Shown here piece by piece: positions 14,701 through 64,000 of a stretch of 64,000 nucleotides of DNA (position 1 is the first letter of the stretch; every line of letters starts with the position of its first letter). This stretch comes from Lingula anatina. Its lineage: Eukaryota > Animalia > Brachiopoda. Location: positions 14,778,534-14,842,533 of the forward strand of contig CM120644.1 of the NCBI GenBank assembly GCA_051362555.1. Direction: 5' to 3'. The translations under genes and the position numbers were made by a program. The notes below the pieces were generated by a model. The model was given only the letters and a program-made list of their open reading frames with translations, ran no database searches and was not told where the DNA came from.

Positions 14701-17211
14701 TATATATATGTACTGGAATGAGCCCTTTATTTATTTTTGCTGTAGCAGTTTCAACTCAAAGATACTCGTTCTTATAACCAGGTTCTTGAAAAATAAGGAG
14801 TTCCTAGTACTGGGTACCTGAAAAAAAGCTCTTAGAAAAGGAAAAAGTTTTAGGAAAAATGCTGTCGGAATTTTTTATCCTGAGCATCATTTTTGATATT
14901 TTGAAATAAGATTTATATGAATTATGTTTTTGGAAAGCTGTGAATTCATTGAATTAATAATGATTCCTGGGTTATTCCAATAAGGGCAGCTGTTGGCACA
15001 CATTTGGAATTCAGATAAATTGAATAAACATTGAACTAATTGCTTGCACAAATGGCTGTAGATTGACTTTTGATCTTTAAGTGTCACCAAGATCGTAATT
15101 GGATCTGGCCTAAATTTGATTTTCGATCCCAAATGGGTTAAGGTGACATTGTTATTGTATAATTCCATCCTGAGTGAAAACACATAGAGGGGTATTACTA
15201 GATGATAATCTAGGCTTAATTTCTGTAAAAACAAATTTATGAATAAGCTTTCAAAGAGGATTTTGATATTACTAATAGACTGTTCTCAGTGTTTTTCTGA
15301 CCCCCATTTGAAACCCCCAAGTGAGTGGTGAAATTTGCGTAGGTGTTATCACTTGATATTAATAGAATTCTAGAATCATAATTAAATCATTCTGTTTTAT
15401 TTGATTTAGCCATTGTTATATGTTACTAACAAAAGCTTGCATGAATATGCTACCCTTTTGCTAGGGCACTAAAAAACCTTTTAATGTTACTATTATATAT
15501 TAAGAATTGTATTAGCTGGAGTGATCTGGCATTTTGGATTATTAATGAGGGCAGTGATTGGAATAGTATCCTCTTACATAATTTGGGAATAGATTTTATG
15601 GAACATATGAAGATGATTATTCTGTAGAAAACAGAAAATACAATATTGTATATATATGTAGTGTAAAAACCTTTGTCTGGACATCAAATGTCCAACAGAA
15701 GATTATTGTCATATAAATACTAGTTGAAAAAAAAAAAAAAAAGAATCGGTATATGATATTGTTTGTGCTTTCATCACCTTAGAATAGAAAGTAATCTTTT
15801 GTTATAAAATATTGATTCATAATTACGATATATGTCTGTCTGTATGCCAAAAAATTATAAATAAATAAATTCAGTCTGGAAAAGGGTAACTTTGATCAGT
15901 GAACCGAGTTTGTCACAAATGACTTCAGTGTCAGTGTGATGTGGGAACGACACCAATCCATATACAGTTACGACAATAGATTTTATTGCTGTTGATGTTT
16001 GTTTTTTGGTTTCATTTCAAGTTGAGCACACATTTATAGATTTCTTTCATTCAGTGGGAAATATTATGAACACCTGCTAAAATACTCAGTCAGTGTTTTT
16101 TGGATAAACTGATGAAATCTATACAAAAAGCTTTTTATCAATATTCATATTTACAATGAAGTGCGCTTCTGATGCTGGCTTTTATTTTGCTCACATAACA
16201 ACAACATTCCCTTTAACTCAGTGAACCTGGGGCAGTCCTATATGTTGTGTGTATTCCATTATGGGTTTTGATACTGTTATATTCAGTTTGGCTTAGATGA
16301 AATGAAGCTAGTAAGGTCAAAGGTAGCTGCACATTTTTCCTTTTTGTACATAGAGCTGTCACCTGCGTCTGACGTTGCCAATGTCGCCATGCAGTTTCCG
16401 TGTTATAACAATAAATGGAAAACTATAAGACCTTTTTGTCTTCAAACTAACAGAACTGATGTTTATTCCTAAAATATGGGTCTAGGCATTAAAAATTGTT
16501 CTATTAATATTTTTCCCATTGCAACAATTTTGCTAGTTGGACAAATAAAAAGGATAGGAAATTGGTTATTTTGTATTATGTAAAAAAAGGGGACATTTTT
16601 TCCTGCTTTATATCTGTTCATTTGACAGCTTTGCTGTCTTGTTCAAATTAGCTGTTGTTAAAAATTCAAAATAGTAAGAATAACAATTTATTAAGTTAAA
16701 AAGGTTGAAGTTGAACAGAATTAAAAGAAAATATTTGTACTTCATAAGTAAAGTTAAATTGAGCATGAGCTTAAATTTTAATACTGAATTGTTTGCAATT
16801 CACTTTAGCACAAAAGACTTAAAATGACTTGATATTAATGAATACTTTGTGCAAAATGAGATGATGTGTTTGATGGAGCAAGTAATTGGATGAATTTGTA
16901 ATTCCTATTAAGATACCTATTAAGTAAGTCCCATTGAAATTGCAGCCATTGTCAAGTGCCAAAACAATTAAGTTCCAATCAGTAATTAGTTTCCTTGATT
17001 TCCTCCATCAAATTACATGGAAAATCACACATGAAATAATGTAGAGATTGCATCTGATGCTTGCGGAACAGACTTAAATATTTTTAGAATTTGGTTTTAT
17101 GTTAATTGTGATCTAATCAATTTCAAATTTATATTAATTAATATTACACAGTGTGATTAGGTCTGAGTGTTGATGGTTGCTTCATTGAAAGATTGATTCA
17201 GAAATTGTTTT

Positions 17212-17212
<1 letters not shown>

Positions 17213-17265
<53 letters not shown>
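17213..17265. repeat. Poly(A) tract of 53 nt
   Basis: Read directly. Confidence 0.9.
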
Positions 17266-17267
<2 letters not shown>

Positions 17268-17455
17268 AATTGCCAATCTGTTAATCTGATTGCATTTAGC
17301 AATAGTCCCTGTGGAGTTTATGTGCAATAGCCAGGTCATCATTCTGAATGGTCCCTTAGTCTGTTGTTTTTGATATCATTAGTAACATACTGTAATGAGT
17401 GCATAGAGAAAGTGAAAATATGTACTCACCAGCTTGATTTATTTCACATAATAAT

Positions 17456-17486
<31 letters not shown>

Positions 17487-18899
17487 CTAAAGACTGGGTG
17501 GTGAGGACAGCGCTTTTGATATAGTTCACTAGTAGATTTACTGAAAACTAGCTGTTTTGCTGTTGCATTTTATAGATGGAGAATGCTGCAGCCATATATA
17601 GATCTGCAGCCCTGGAATCATAGAGAATCACTTCAAAATGTTGACTCCATTATTAGATCTTAACAGATTTTCTAGGAATGAGAACACCTGCCTCTGCATA
17701 CTTTGTGGGTGGATGCATGGTTTCCATTATTGCATTACACAACGGGAACGTTTCAAAAACCTCAGAGTAGAAGTCTTAGATTAGTATTGTCTTATTTCTT
17801 GAAGGGAGAATTTTTCCTTGGTACATTGGACATTTATCCATCTAGACAGCATTTACATTTAAAGATTTCTGCTTATTTCAAGAAAATTCTGATTATCCCC
17901 AAGAAGACCAACAAGGTTATTCTTATTGACTGTTATGCCTTTAATTCTTTGAATTTTGCCAACTGTTGACATTTACAATATTTTGACTTTGTTGAACCCT
18001 TTCTCCTTCTTTTCCATTTAAGTAGAGATTCTTAGTAATTGCTTTTGAAATAGATTTCAAGAAAATAAATGTTGTTTTACAGTTTAGTGATGTGGTTCTC
18101 TGCTACCACAGTTAAAAAAATCTTTTAAGAGCCTGGAGTTATCAGATTATTACTGAACACATTTTTTTTTTGCTAATTCTGTGATGATAATTAAAATGTT
18201 TCATTTGATTATAATGTAGAAACCATTGTTTTCTGCTTCATTTGCACAGTTTGCTTAGTGTATTGTTGTTTTAAATTGATCAAAACGAAGCCAAAGCTCT
18301 CTCTCTCTCGTTCCTTTTTTGCCAAAGGAATGTGTTAAGTTAAGATTTAAATATATGTGAAACTAGTTATAATGCTTATCAAAAAAGGAATAGACTTTGA
18401 ATTTTCCATTTATTGAGTGATTAATACTAATTTGTAGGTCAAGTGCAAATTATAGAACAATAGAACAATTTATCGAACATATGTGACATGTCCTTTGCTC
18501 TGGAATGTGTATTTGACATGATCTATTCTTGCTCTTTGATCAGAATGACCTAAGCCTTTATTTATAGACCAGTTTCATTGATTTTAGATACACAATGTTG
18601 TAAATAAGTGGAGTTTGGATCCTTTATTTGCTGATGTCCTTGAGTGTAGAATTCTGAGGAAGTTGTCGTATTTGGATCCTGTGATAACTTGTAGAATAAA
18701 TATGCATGAAAGAAATATAATAATTGTAATTAGTTTTTTAATGGTGCATATTGTTTATATACCAGTAGATATTTACTTACACAAATTGCATTAAATTGAA
18801 AATTATTAACTAGTAGAATATGGACCATTTTTAATTTTCTTTTCCCTTCAATTAAACCATTTGATAGAACATTATATTCTTTTTTCAACTTTCTTCCAG

Positions 18900-56703
<37,804 letters not shown>

Positions 56704-59700
56704 GGATTTGTGTGTGTTGTGGAAATGGCTCCACTGCTCCCAAGATTGTAAGGTATATCCGAGGACACCGAGCTCACTTTGGCTATGGTGTTTATGTGCC
56801 TATTGGGAGTTGAAGAGCCAGTGGTTTTTACAGGGATTGGCATCCAACGGATTTGAGGCACCATTAGGATGAAGGACTTTCAGGAATGACTGGACCTAGC
56901 TTGGTTTGATGAGCCATTGAGGACTGCGTTACATTCAAGGAGGGGTGATGGCTGATTGGGCCTGTGTATGGTGAAAAGAAGACTGGCAGCTTGCTTGTGC
57001 CTGACTGTCACTAAATTATATAAGAGTGAGTTCTGATTTGAGGAGATGACAGGGCAAGAAGAACATGGAACTTGTTCAGGATGTTCAAGAATTATGTCTT
57101 AATTTTCTTAAAGGAGGATGATTGGAAATTTCTAGAAAGGTGATCTTTTTATTAAATTTAGAGACAAAATGAATGAAGGAGAGAGTGTAGAAGCTGTGTA
57201 GACCTTGTTTGGAATGTTTCAGAAGGCAGCCAGATGTTTTTGAAGGGCAATTTTTGGAACGCAAATGGGAAGCAGGTTTGATTGATTTGTATGGTTCTCA
57301 GATGACTGTCGTCCTTGAACACCCTTGACTGGAATTGAAGAATGGAAGTGCATTTTAGTCAGCTAAGTCTTAGTAGGCTAAATTGTTTCCCCCAAGAAAA
57401 CAGATTTTTTGCTAAAGAAGCTTCTGAAGGGAAGATTGAGAAACAATGCCAAATTTTAAGAAATTAAAGGAATGGAATGTGATTTTAGGGGACTGCAGAT
57501 AATATGCAAGTGCTTGTTATGATCCGCTGCAAAAAATTGATAAATGAATGCAGTTGGACTTTTTGATAATCGGATTTTATGTGATAGACTTACTGTGCTA
57601 TGTGTATTTTGTACCACGTCGGAGGAAATTATGGAAAGTACATACCCCAAGGCAAAGAAAATTTGTTAGACCAGCACTCCCCAAAATTATCATCTTTAGA
57701 AGTACCTGATGGAAAAATTCAGAACGATCTTGAGGATCATCTTGGTTACATGTCAGAAAGCACAAGTTTGCGAGGAATTTTGAAGTGACAAATCTTCAGA
57801 AAGTATACTGGAAAAGATGAGATGGTTAAAGTTTGTAATCTTTACCATCCTCAATCCATGGCAAGATCAGTCTTAGGAAAGTATTTCTTGGGGCTTTTCT
57901 TCTTTTATTTATTTGCTTACTGAAATATGTGGGCCTTAAAATCCCAAAATTATTCTAGATTCAGGAGCAAGGAGCAGTCTTTTTTGTATGACATGATCCT
58001 TGATCATATCTAGTTCAAGCTTGTAAAGCAGTCAGCTTTGACTAAGACTAGGAATTAGGCCTTTGCAAAGATTGTCTCTCAATATAGTTATTATATGAAT
58101 GTATAATAATTTGTAACATATGTACATAACCTGTGTATATGTATATATATACATATTTCTGGTAGGCTGTGCCATATACTTTGTATGTATATAAATGTAT
58201 TACATATTGCCTATTATATATACCAAGGGCTATTAGCAAGGTGCTGTAAATGCAAAACCTGCCAATTTGAAACTTATTGACAGGTTTGTATGTGTAACGC
58301 ACTGTTAAAAAGACTTTTTTTCATGGTTTGATAAAAACGTAGAAGCTAAGTGTGTGTGTTCTGCTTGTGAAGTGTGGAGGTAGTTCCTGTGAATTAGAAA
58401 AATGCACTATAGAGGTTTGAGGATATAGTTCAAGTATATTGGACATTGTGTATTGTTTTATTTTCCTTTATTTGGAAAACATTTTTAGACATGTAGGAAA
58501 AGTCAGGAAAATTAGCACATGCAGAAATGGTTTAAACAAAATGAGGCTTTTTTTAAGATAAAAAAGTAATACTTTCAGCTAAGAGCACATTATTTTGCTG
58601 CACAAGGTAACATAGACATAAAGCACAAAATCTTGGGAAACCAAACAGTTTGTTGAGTGTATGAAAGGAAGATGATCTGTTTGCTTGTTCCACCCCCCCC
58701 CCCCCCCCAACCCTTACCTCATCTCCTCTACTGGTCTATACCAACAGTAACTATTAAATAGAAAACAGCTTTCATAATATGGGAGTTATTATCTGTGGCC
58801 CCAGCATTTAAACATCCCAGATACCAATTTTATTAGGTATGAGCACAACAGATGTCTCCTTATTAAATATGGATAAAGACATTCCATGTAATAGTTTAGA
58901 AGCACATTTGTGGTTAAAAATATAAAATGTGTTCTCTTTAGATAAGTAATACCTCATTGCAAGTGGATGAAGTTAACAAAATAAATAGTAGAGTGATTCA
59001 CAAAATATATTATTATAATTTTACATTTGCATTGGTTAAGAGATAAAATGTGCCACAGGCAGGTTGGCTTTTTAAATCCTTTTTCTGCAATACTTTACTG
59101 AAGTACAACTTATTAAAATTAGCTTCTAAAGGAAGATTGGTCAATCACGCGGACTTATGTCTCCCATCCACATCAGATACTGTATATTTGGAGGATTTTG
59201 TCACTTTTGAAATCTGAATAGGGAAGTATTTATGCAGGAGGTATAGTCATAGGAAATAGGACTATGGGACATATTCAGATTTAAATTTATTGTGCTGTTT
59301 TCTGTGGGCGGCAGTGTACAAAAAACGTTTCAGTCACTCCACCAGCTATCAGCGAGCAATGCTGGTGTCAATGAACAATTCAGCTGCTGTCTTCAGTTCC
59401 AAATCAAAAGGTGTCTTTATTCAATTTCAGTCAGATATTTATAACAAATTGCCAGTCAAAATGACAATCTTTCACATGTAGCTTTTTGGCTGAGAAACTC
59501 TGGAAGATAACTCTCACACATACCTAATGAATGCCAACACATCTTTTACTTTTGACCTCAAGTACGTGGGAATAGAACACTTCCACAATCACTTTGAACC
59601 CAAATAAACCTTATCATAGATATACCCCAGTAAAGAAAAAATGTGGTATTCGACCTCTAAAATACAGGGTTCCAGTACTAAAAAACTGAATATTAGTTTT

Positions 59701-60723
59701 ACTACTTTATTTTTTATTTTAGAGTTATGTGATGTCATATTGTTAGAAAAGTGATGTATGTGTCCCATGATGTGAAATTTTAAGCAGGGTAATTGTGAAT
59801 TAGGAAATTCAAACAATAGCCCAAGTGATGATCAATGGCAACTTAAATACCAGTGGGAGTTTTGGTGGTAATAGGAATATAAAACACAAATTATTTTGTA
59901 ACTATTTGGACAACATGTAGGAGTTTTGTTCTGAAAAGTATTATTTATGTTTGCATCTGTTTAGACATTGTGATCATAAAGAAGATCAAAGTGACAAAGT
60001 TTGTGCATTATTTAGACAATTTTGGAATTTTTCAGTAATTTTTTAAAAATAATTGAGACATTTTAATTTTTTGTTGGCACCATCAGTCTAGAGACTAAGG
60101 ATTTGCTCTAAAAGTGTGTTATGTCATGGTATTTCAGCACAGAGTATTAAATAATTGAGACAATTTTTGACAATTATTTAGCCAGCAGACAAAATCAAGT
60201 TAGACAATCTACTTTATCTAAGATTTATTTACATTATAAAATAACATATCTGTAAAGTTTTTAGATGGACAACATTATACAAGTATTAAGGAATTTGTTT
60301 ACAAATATGTTAGACATTTATTGAAAGGGTCAATTTATTTACACAATATATTATGTTATAGTCTCAAAATGGATGGATTTTCTTACATTTAAGTAATTAA
60401 GATATTTATCAGTCCCTTAGAATGTATTTCATCATATAAAATTAATTTTATAGAAGTTATCTCATTTTTAAGGGTACAAGGGAGCCATTTACGGCAGACT
60501 GTTATTTTTAAATATTAATTTTCTCATGACAGTACTCTACATATAGTTTTATGTCTACTGTATTGTGTACATGTTCATTTTTTTAATGGTTTATTGTTTG
60601 GTTTCAATGTCGATGCCAAAGGATTTATAATTATCAAGAGTAGGTTTTGTCTCTACATCATGTCAGCCTCAGTGTTTTAACAAGTTGTGAAATATTTGCT
60701 TCTACCAGTGCCCTTGGATGCAC

Positions 60724-60729
60724 AATAAA
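60724..60729 (+). terminator. Candidate distal polyadenylation signal AATAAA of the ERG gene (would give a ~4-kb 3' UTR)
   Basis: AATAAA followed by a T-rich stretch, close to the convergent gene's signal; another AATAAA occurs near 58980. Confidence 0.4.
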
Positions 60730-60867
60730 ATTGGCACAGAAATCCCTGAATCTTTTTTACTTTCTTCGGGCACACATAAGTTGCAGCAAAGTGAATTCCA
60801 ACTTCACACTGCTTCATTTAAATTAATTGAGTGGAAGCTGCAATTCCAAATCCGTTAAGTTAGTGCA

Positions 60868-60873
60868 TTTATT
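60868..60873 (-). terminator. Candidate polyadenylation signal of SPC25
   Basis: TTTATT on + (AATAAA on -), about 560 nt past the SPC25 stop. Confidence 0.4.
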
Positions 60874-61429
60874 CTAAAAATTTATGTAAGCACAGTATTA
60901 ACAATTAAGGTATTTACAAAATCTGCATTTTTCAACATTAAAAGAAAAAATGGCTGGAAAAAAGTATTATTCTAACTTGAAAAGTACATACTTTTAACAT
61001 CATTAACAAAACTGATACGACTATTGTTAAGCAGATGTTTCACTAAGAAAAAAAAATAATTGGGAAGACCAGCCTTAAAAAATGATGTTCACACTTACAC
61101 ACAAGATCGTTTTAAAAGTATATCAAAAGCTGCTTAAAACTGCCATAAGATTCATGTGCACCAAATTTCCACTTCACATGTCTTTAGACTTATGAAATGT
61201 AACCATTTATCTGACTTGTATTTACAACAAGATGAACAGCAGTTCAAAGAAAAAAAAACATTAAAAATACCCCCCCTCCCCCCCCTGTCACATTATCATC
61301 CCCCCTGCATACAGCTCATGAGTGACCTTTAAAAAACAAGCATATTGCTGACTGGCAATATATTTGCATAAGATGAACTGGCACTTCTAAAGCTCTACTC
61401 CCCATTTCTGTGTCCATATTTTATATCTA

Positions 61430-62724
61430 TCACCCACACACTTTCGCCTTGAACAAAGTTCTCATCGTGATCACAAAGGACCTGAAGTTGTTGGTTACAT
61501 TCAGTTTTTCAACCAGCTCTGGAAGATTCTCGATCTCTGGTTCACAGTCCGACACTGAAATTGAAAGGGAAAATAAATGCTAATGACAATTATACCATAG
61601 AGAATTTTGAGAAGGAAAAAGTATACTGGTTGGACTCTGCACTTGTCAGGTATACTTGAAGTGCACTGGTATTTCGCTGTCATGTACATCACATGCACCT
61701 TAAAAACCTCAATGAAGGCTTTTCGATCATTAGTTCAACTAAGGAACTTCTTCACATGCCGAACTCGTCAGCATCATAGATGAGAGAGCTCACATCCCAA
61801 TTTCTGTGATCAAGGCCCTTTGATGAAAGCTCAAAACTTGCCTCACAAACAAAAAGGCAAAAATGTTTCATCTTTTCAGAAATCATTTTGTACAAGGGAG
61901 CTGAACTCCCAAGACAAAAGTACCTTGAGTATATTGATATTTGATGAACCTTTCGATGATTTCGATTAAAATCGGGGCATAAGTAAGCCTGACACCTGTG
62001 CTTTATTTCATGGGTACATTTTGGACAAAGAAAGCCAAGATATGAACTAGCTATTTGGTGCACATATTATTTTAAGTGTGTTGTATGTTAAAGAGGCAAA
62101 TTATCAACAAATTATCAACATCCAGTAATTATCAACATCCAGTAATACTATGAGTGTCCATTTTAATACAGTACCTAACTGGGCCCTGAAGTATTATCAT
62201 TTAATGTCCAGTGCCACTACAAGTATCTGTGTAAATGCCCAAGGCCCCATTCCCATATACACCATCGGTCTATGTGGATCGATCCAACTCTCCATCTTGG
62301 AAGTTCAACCCCTTGTTTTAACGTCAATTCGAAAACCTATCCCCACTAACCTGTGTAGGTCCCATCTGCCTCTATCTTTACAGAGAAGAAGAAAGGCCTG
62401 GACGTGTCTTTGGGGTCTATGCACGTGAACACCATCTGTAGTCTGTTCCCTGCAAAGTTAACAACCAGTTACAGTAATTATTCAAGAAGTTCAAACAACA
62501 TGAATTATAAAATAGAAGTATTCTTTACTCAGAGACAAAATGATATCAGTCAAACATGGCGTCTTGGTCCCATTGTTTTACTAATGTGATTTGGTCGCTA
62601 ACTAAAGAATAATAATTATTCTATTTTATTCCCCCATCTAGTGACAAGGTAAACCTCTTTCATAATATCAATCATGTTCTCACAAAATGAAAAAATTATA
62701 ATATCTTTTCTTTACACACACAAT

Positions 62725-62759
<35 letters not shown>

Positions 62760-63867
62760 GGAAACACACCATACACGTGCTTCGACGTCATTTTCAGAAA
62801 AAGAGAATTAATTAGTACTTTGAAACTTTGATATGACCTCAGAATTAGCTGTGCCTGTAAGGGATTGGATTGTGTGAAAGATACAAACCTGATGTTTTCT
62901 TGAACTGTATTCCTAATCGGTCTTTAAACCATTCTGAAGCCTTTTGTAGTTCATCTAACCTCTGATGGGTGGCTTGTTCTTGGGCTGTTATTACTGCAGA
63001 AAATAAATGTATTTGATTTGTCCTAGCTTCACAAATTAGAAGGTAAAGACAAACATCGGTCAGGTGATATTATGATTATATATTGATAGCAAACAATCAT
63101 CTTTGGATGAAAGTGTTTTATTTTCTTATTGAGATAATTATAATTAAATAATGATTATCTTTTTACCAATTATCACATCCTTTCATCATATTTCTACAAA
63201 TTACTTATATTTATTTCCTATTGTAATAACAGTAATGTGTATGATCTCTGTACTGTCTTTGACTTCTTTTTAGATTTTCATAACAAGTAACTCACATTCT
63301 TTTTGCTTCTGAATGTATTCCTGCATGGACTTCATTTCCTCCATAGCAAGTTCTTTCTCTCTCAACAAAGAGTCTGTCTCTGTTGTCACTGTGCCAATGT
63401 CCTCCCTGAGCTGCTTCATTTTACCAATTCTTTCCTCCATGACTAAAAAAACAGTATGAACTTGTAAAAGAACTGCCACTGTACTGACTTCATTTCAATA
63501 CATCAACCTCAGCAAGCTTGCCTGTATTTTACTATGGGCAAAGAACATCATGATGGTCATTTCATAATATATGTATTCAGTTTTTATTTTTAAATGTGTT
63601 GTGTTCTTAATTGAAGCACAACATGTTAAACAGAAGATTTTCTGTTCAAAGGCACAGTTTCACAAAATATTTCCCATTAAAGTAATGCTTAATCAATCAA
63701 TATTTAATTAATATTTAATCAACTCAGTGATCCAAAAGCACATCTAATAATTGTTGTACACTTATTAATTGAAAGAAAAGTTAACTTCACATTTTCCTTA
63801 CCTTTCTGGTTCGTCTTTGCCTGACCTTTCAACTGCTCAAGTGTTGCTTTCAATGCTTCCATGTCCT
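61430..63867 (-). CDS. SPC25: Kinetochore protein Spc25 (Ndc80 complex), 3' part. Exons: 63867-63802, 63442-63296, 62993-62889, 62449-62351, 61554-61430
   Basis: Spliced translation EDMEALKATLEQLKGQAKTNQK/VMEERIGKMKQLRED...QKQKE/LITAQEQATHQRLDELQKASEWFKDRLGIQFKKTS/GNRLQMVFTCIDPKDTSRPFFFSVKIEADGTYT/VSDCEPEIENLPELVEKLNVTNNFRSFVITMRTLFKAKVCG*. It matches human SPC25 ([37 protein letters not shown]...TNNFSAFLANVRKAF). All introns are phase 1 GT-AG. Confidence 0.93.
62243..62295. mobile_element. Solo TIR fragment of MITE family C in an SPC25 intron
   Basis: GGCCCCATTCCCATATACACCATCGGTCTA..GGATCGATCCAACTCT. Confidence 0.6.
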
Positions 63868-64000
63868 CTGAAATAATACAGGAAAATATGCTTGTAGTAT
63901 TTACAAGTTATATTGTGAATGATCTTAAAAACAATGTACACATGAGCAAGACGGTCCTATTAAACATAGAAATGGATAGAAATGGAGCGAAATGGACCAA

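Noticed and set aside
17213-17265. Poly(A) tract as a retroposon tail
   Set aside because: No upstream SINE/LINE body or TSD recognised; homopolymer length may also be affected by sequencing error
1-18899. Numerous 60-115 aa ORFs from the six-frame track; searched for ERG exon 1 (MPVRRGHVAPQNTF-like)
   Set aside because: No recognisable protein similarity, and the composition fits AT-rich intron. Exon 1 was not found and is presumably upstream.
57600-57788. Protein-like ORF downstream of the ERG stop (possible alternative last exon)
   Set aside because: No convincing acceptor and no similarity recognised; treated as 3' UTR

Overview
AT-rich, CpG-poor animal genomic DNA. It is probably from a lophotrochozoan such as a mollusc, but that is inferred from repeat types only. 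Most of the window (18900-56703, + strand) is an intron-rich ERG-type voltage-gated K+ channel gene (KCNH2/6/7 orthologue). It encodes PAS/PAC, S1-S6 with a GFG selectivity filter, C-linker/CNBHD and a C-terminal coiled coil; its exon 1 was not found and appears to lie upstream of the window. The last five coding exons of SPC25 (Ndc80 kinetochore subunit) lie on the - strand at 61430-63867, tail-to-tail with the channel gene. The channel introns contain a series of short, phase-matched, frame-preserving candidate cassette exons and microexons (9, 21, 24, 39, 69, 72, 72 and 81 nt). These include a 9-nt exon in the S3-S4 voltage-sensor linker, a 69-nt insert in the PAS domain and an exon that needs a GC donor. 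The introns also hold many fold-back PIF/Harbinger-like MITEs (some nested or abutting), a Helentron-type non-autonomous element carrying a ~146-bp satellite, a degenerate hammerhead-like repeat, and mini/microsatellites. All exon boundaries were read by eye from splice signals and protein similarity; none is transcript-validated.
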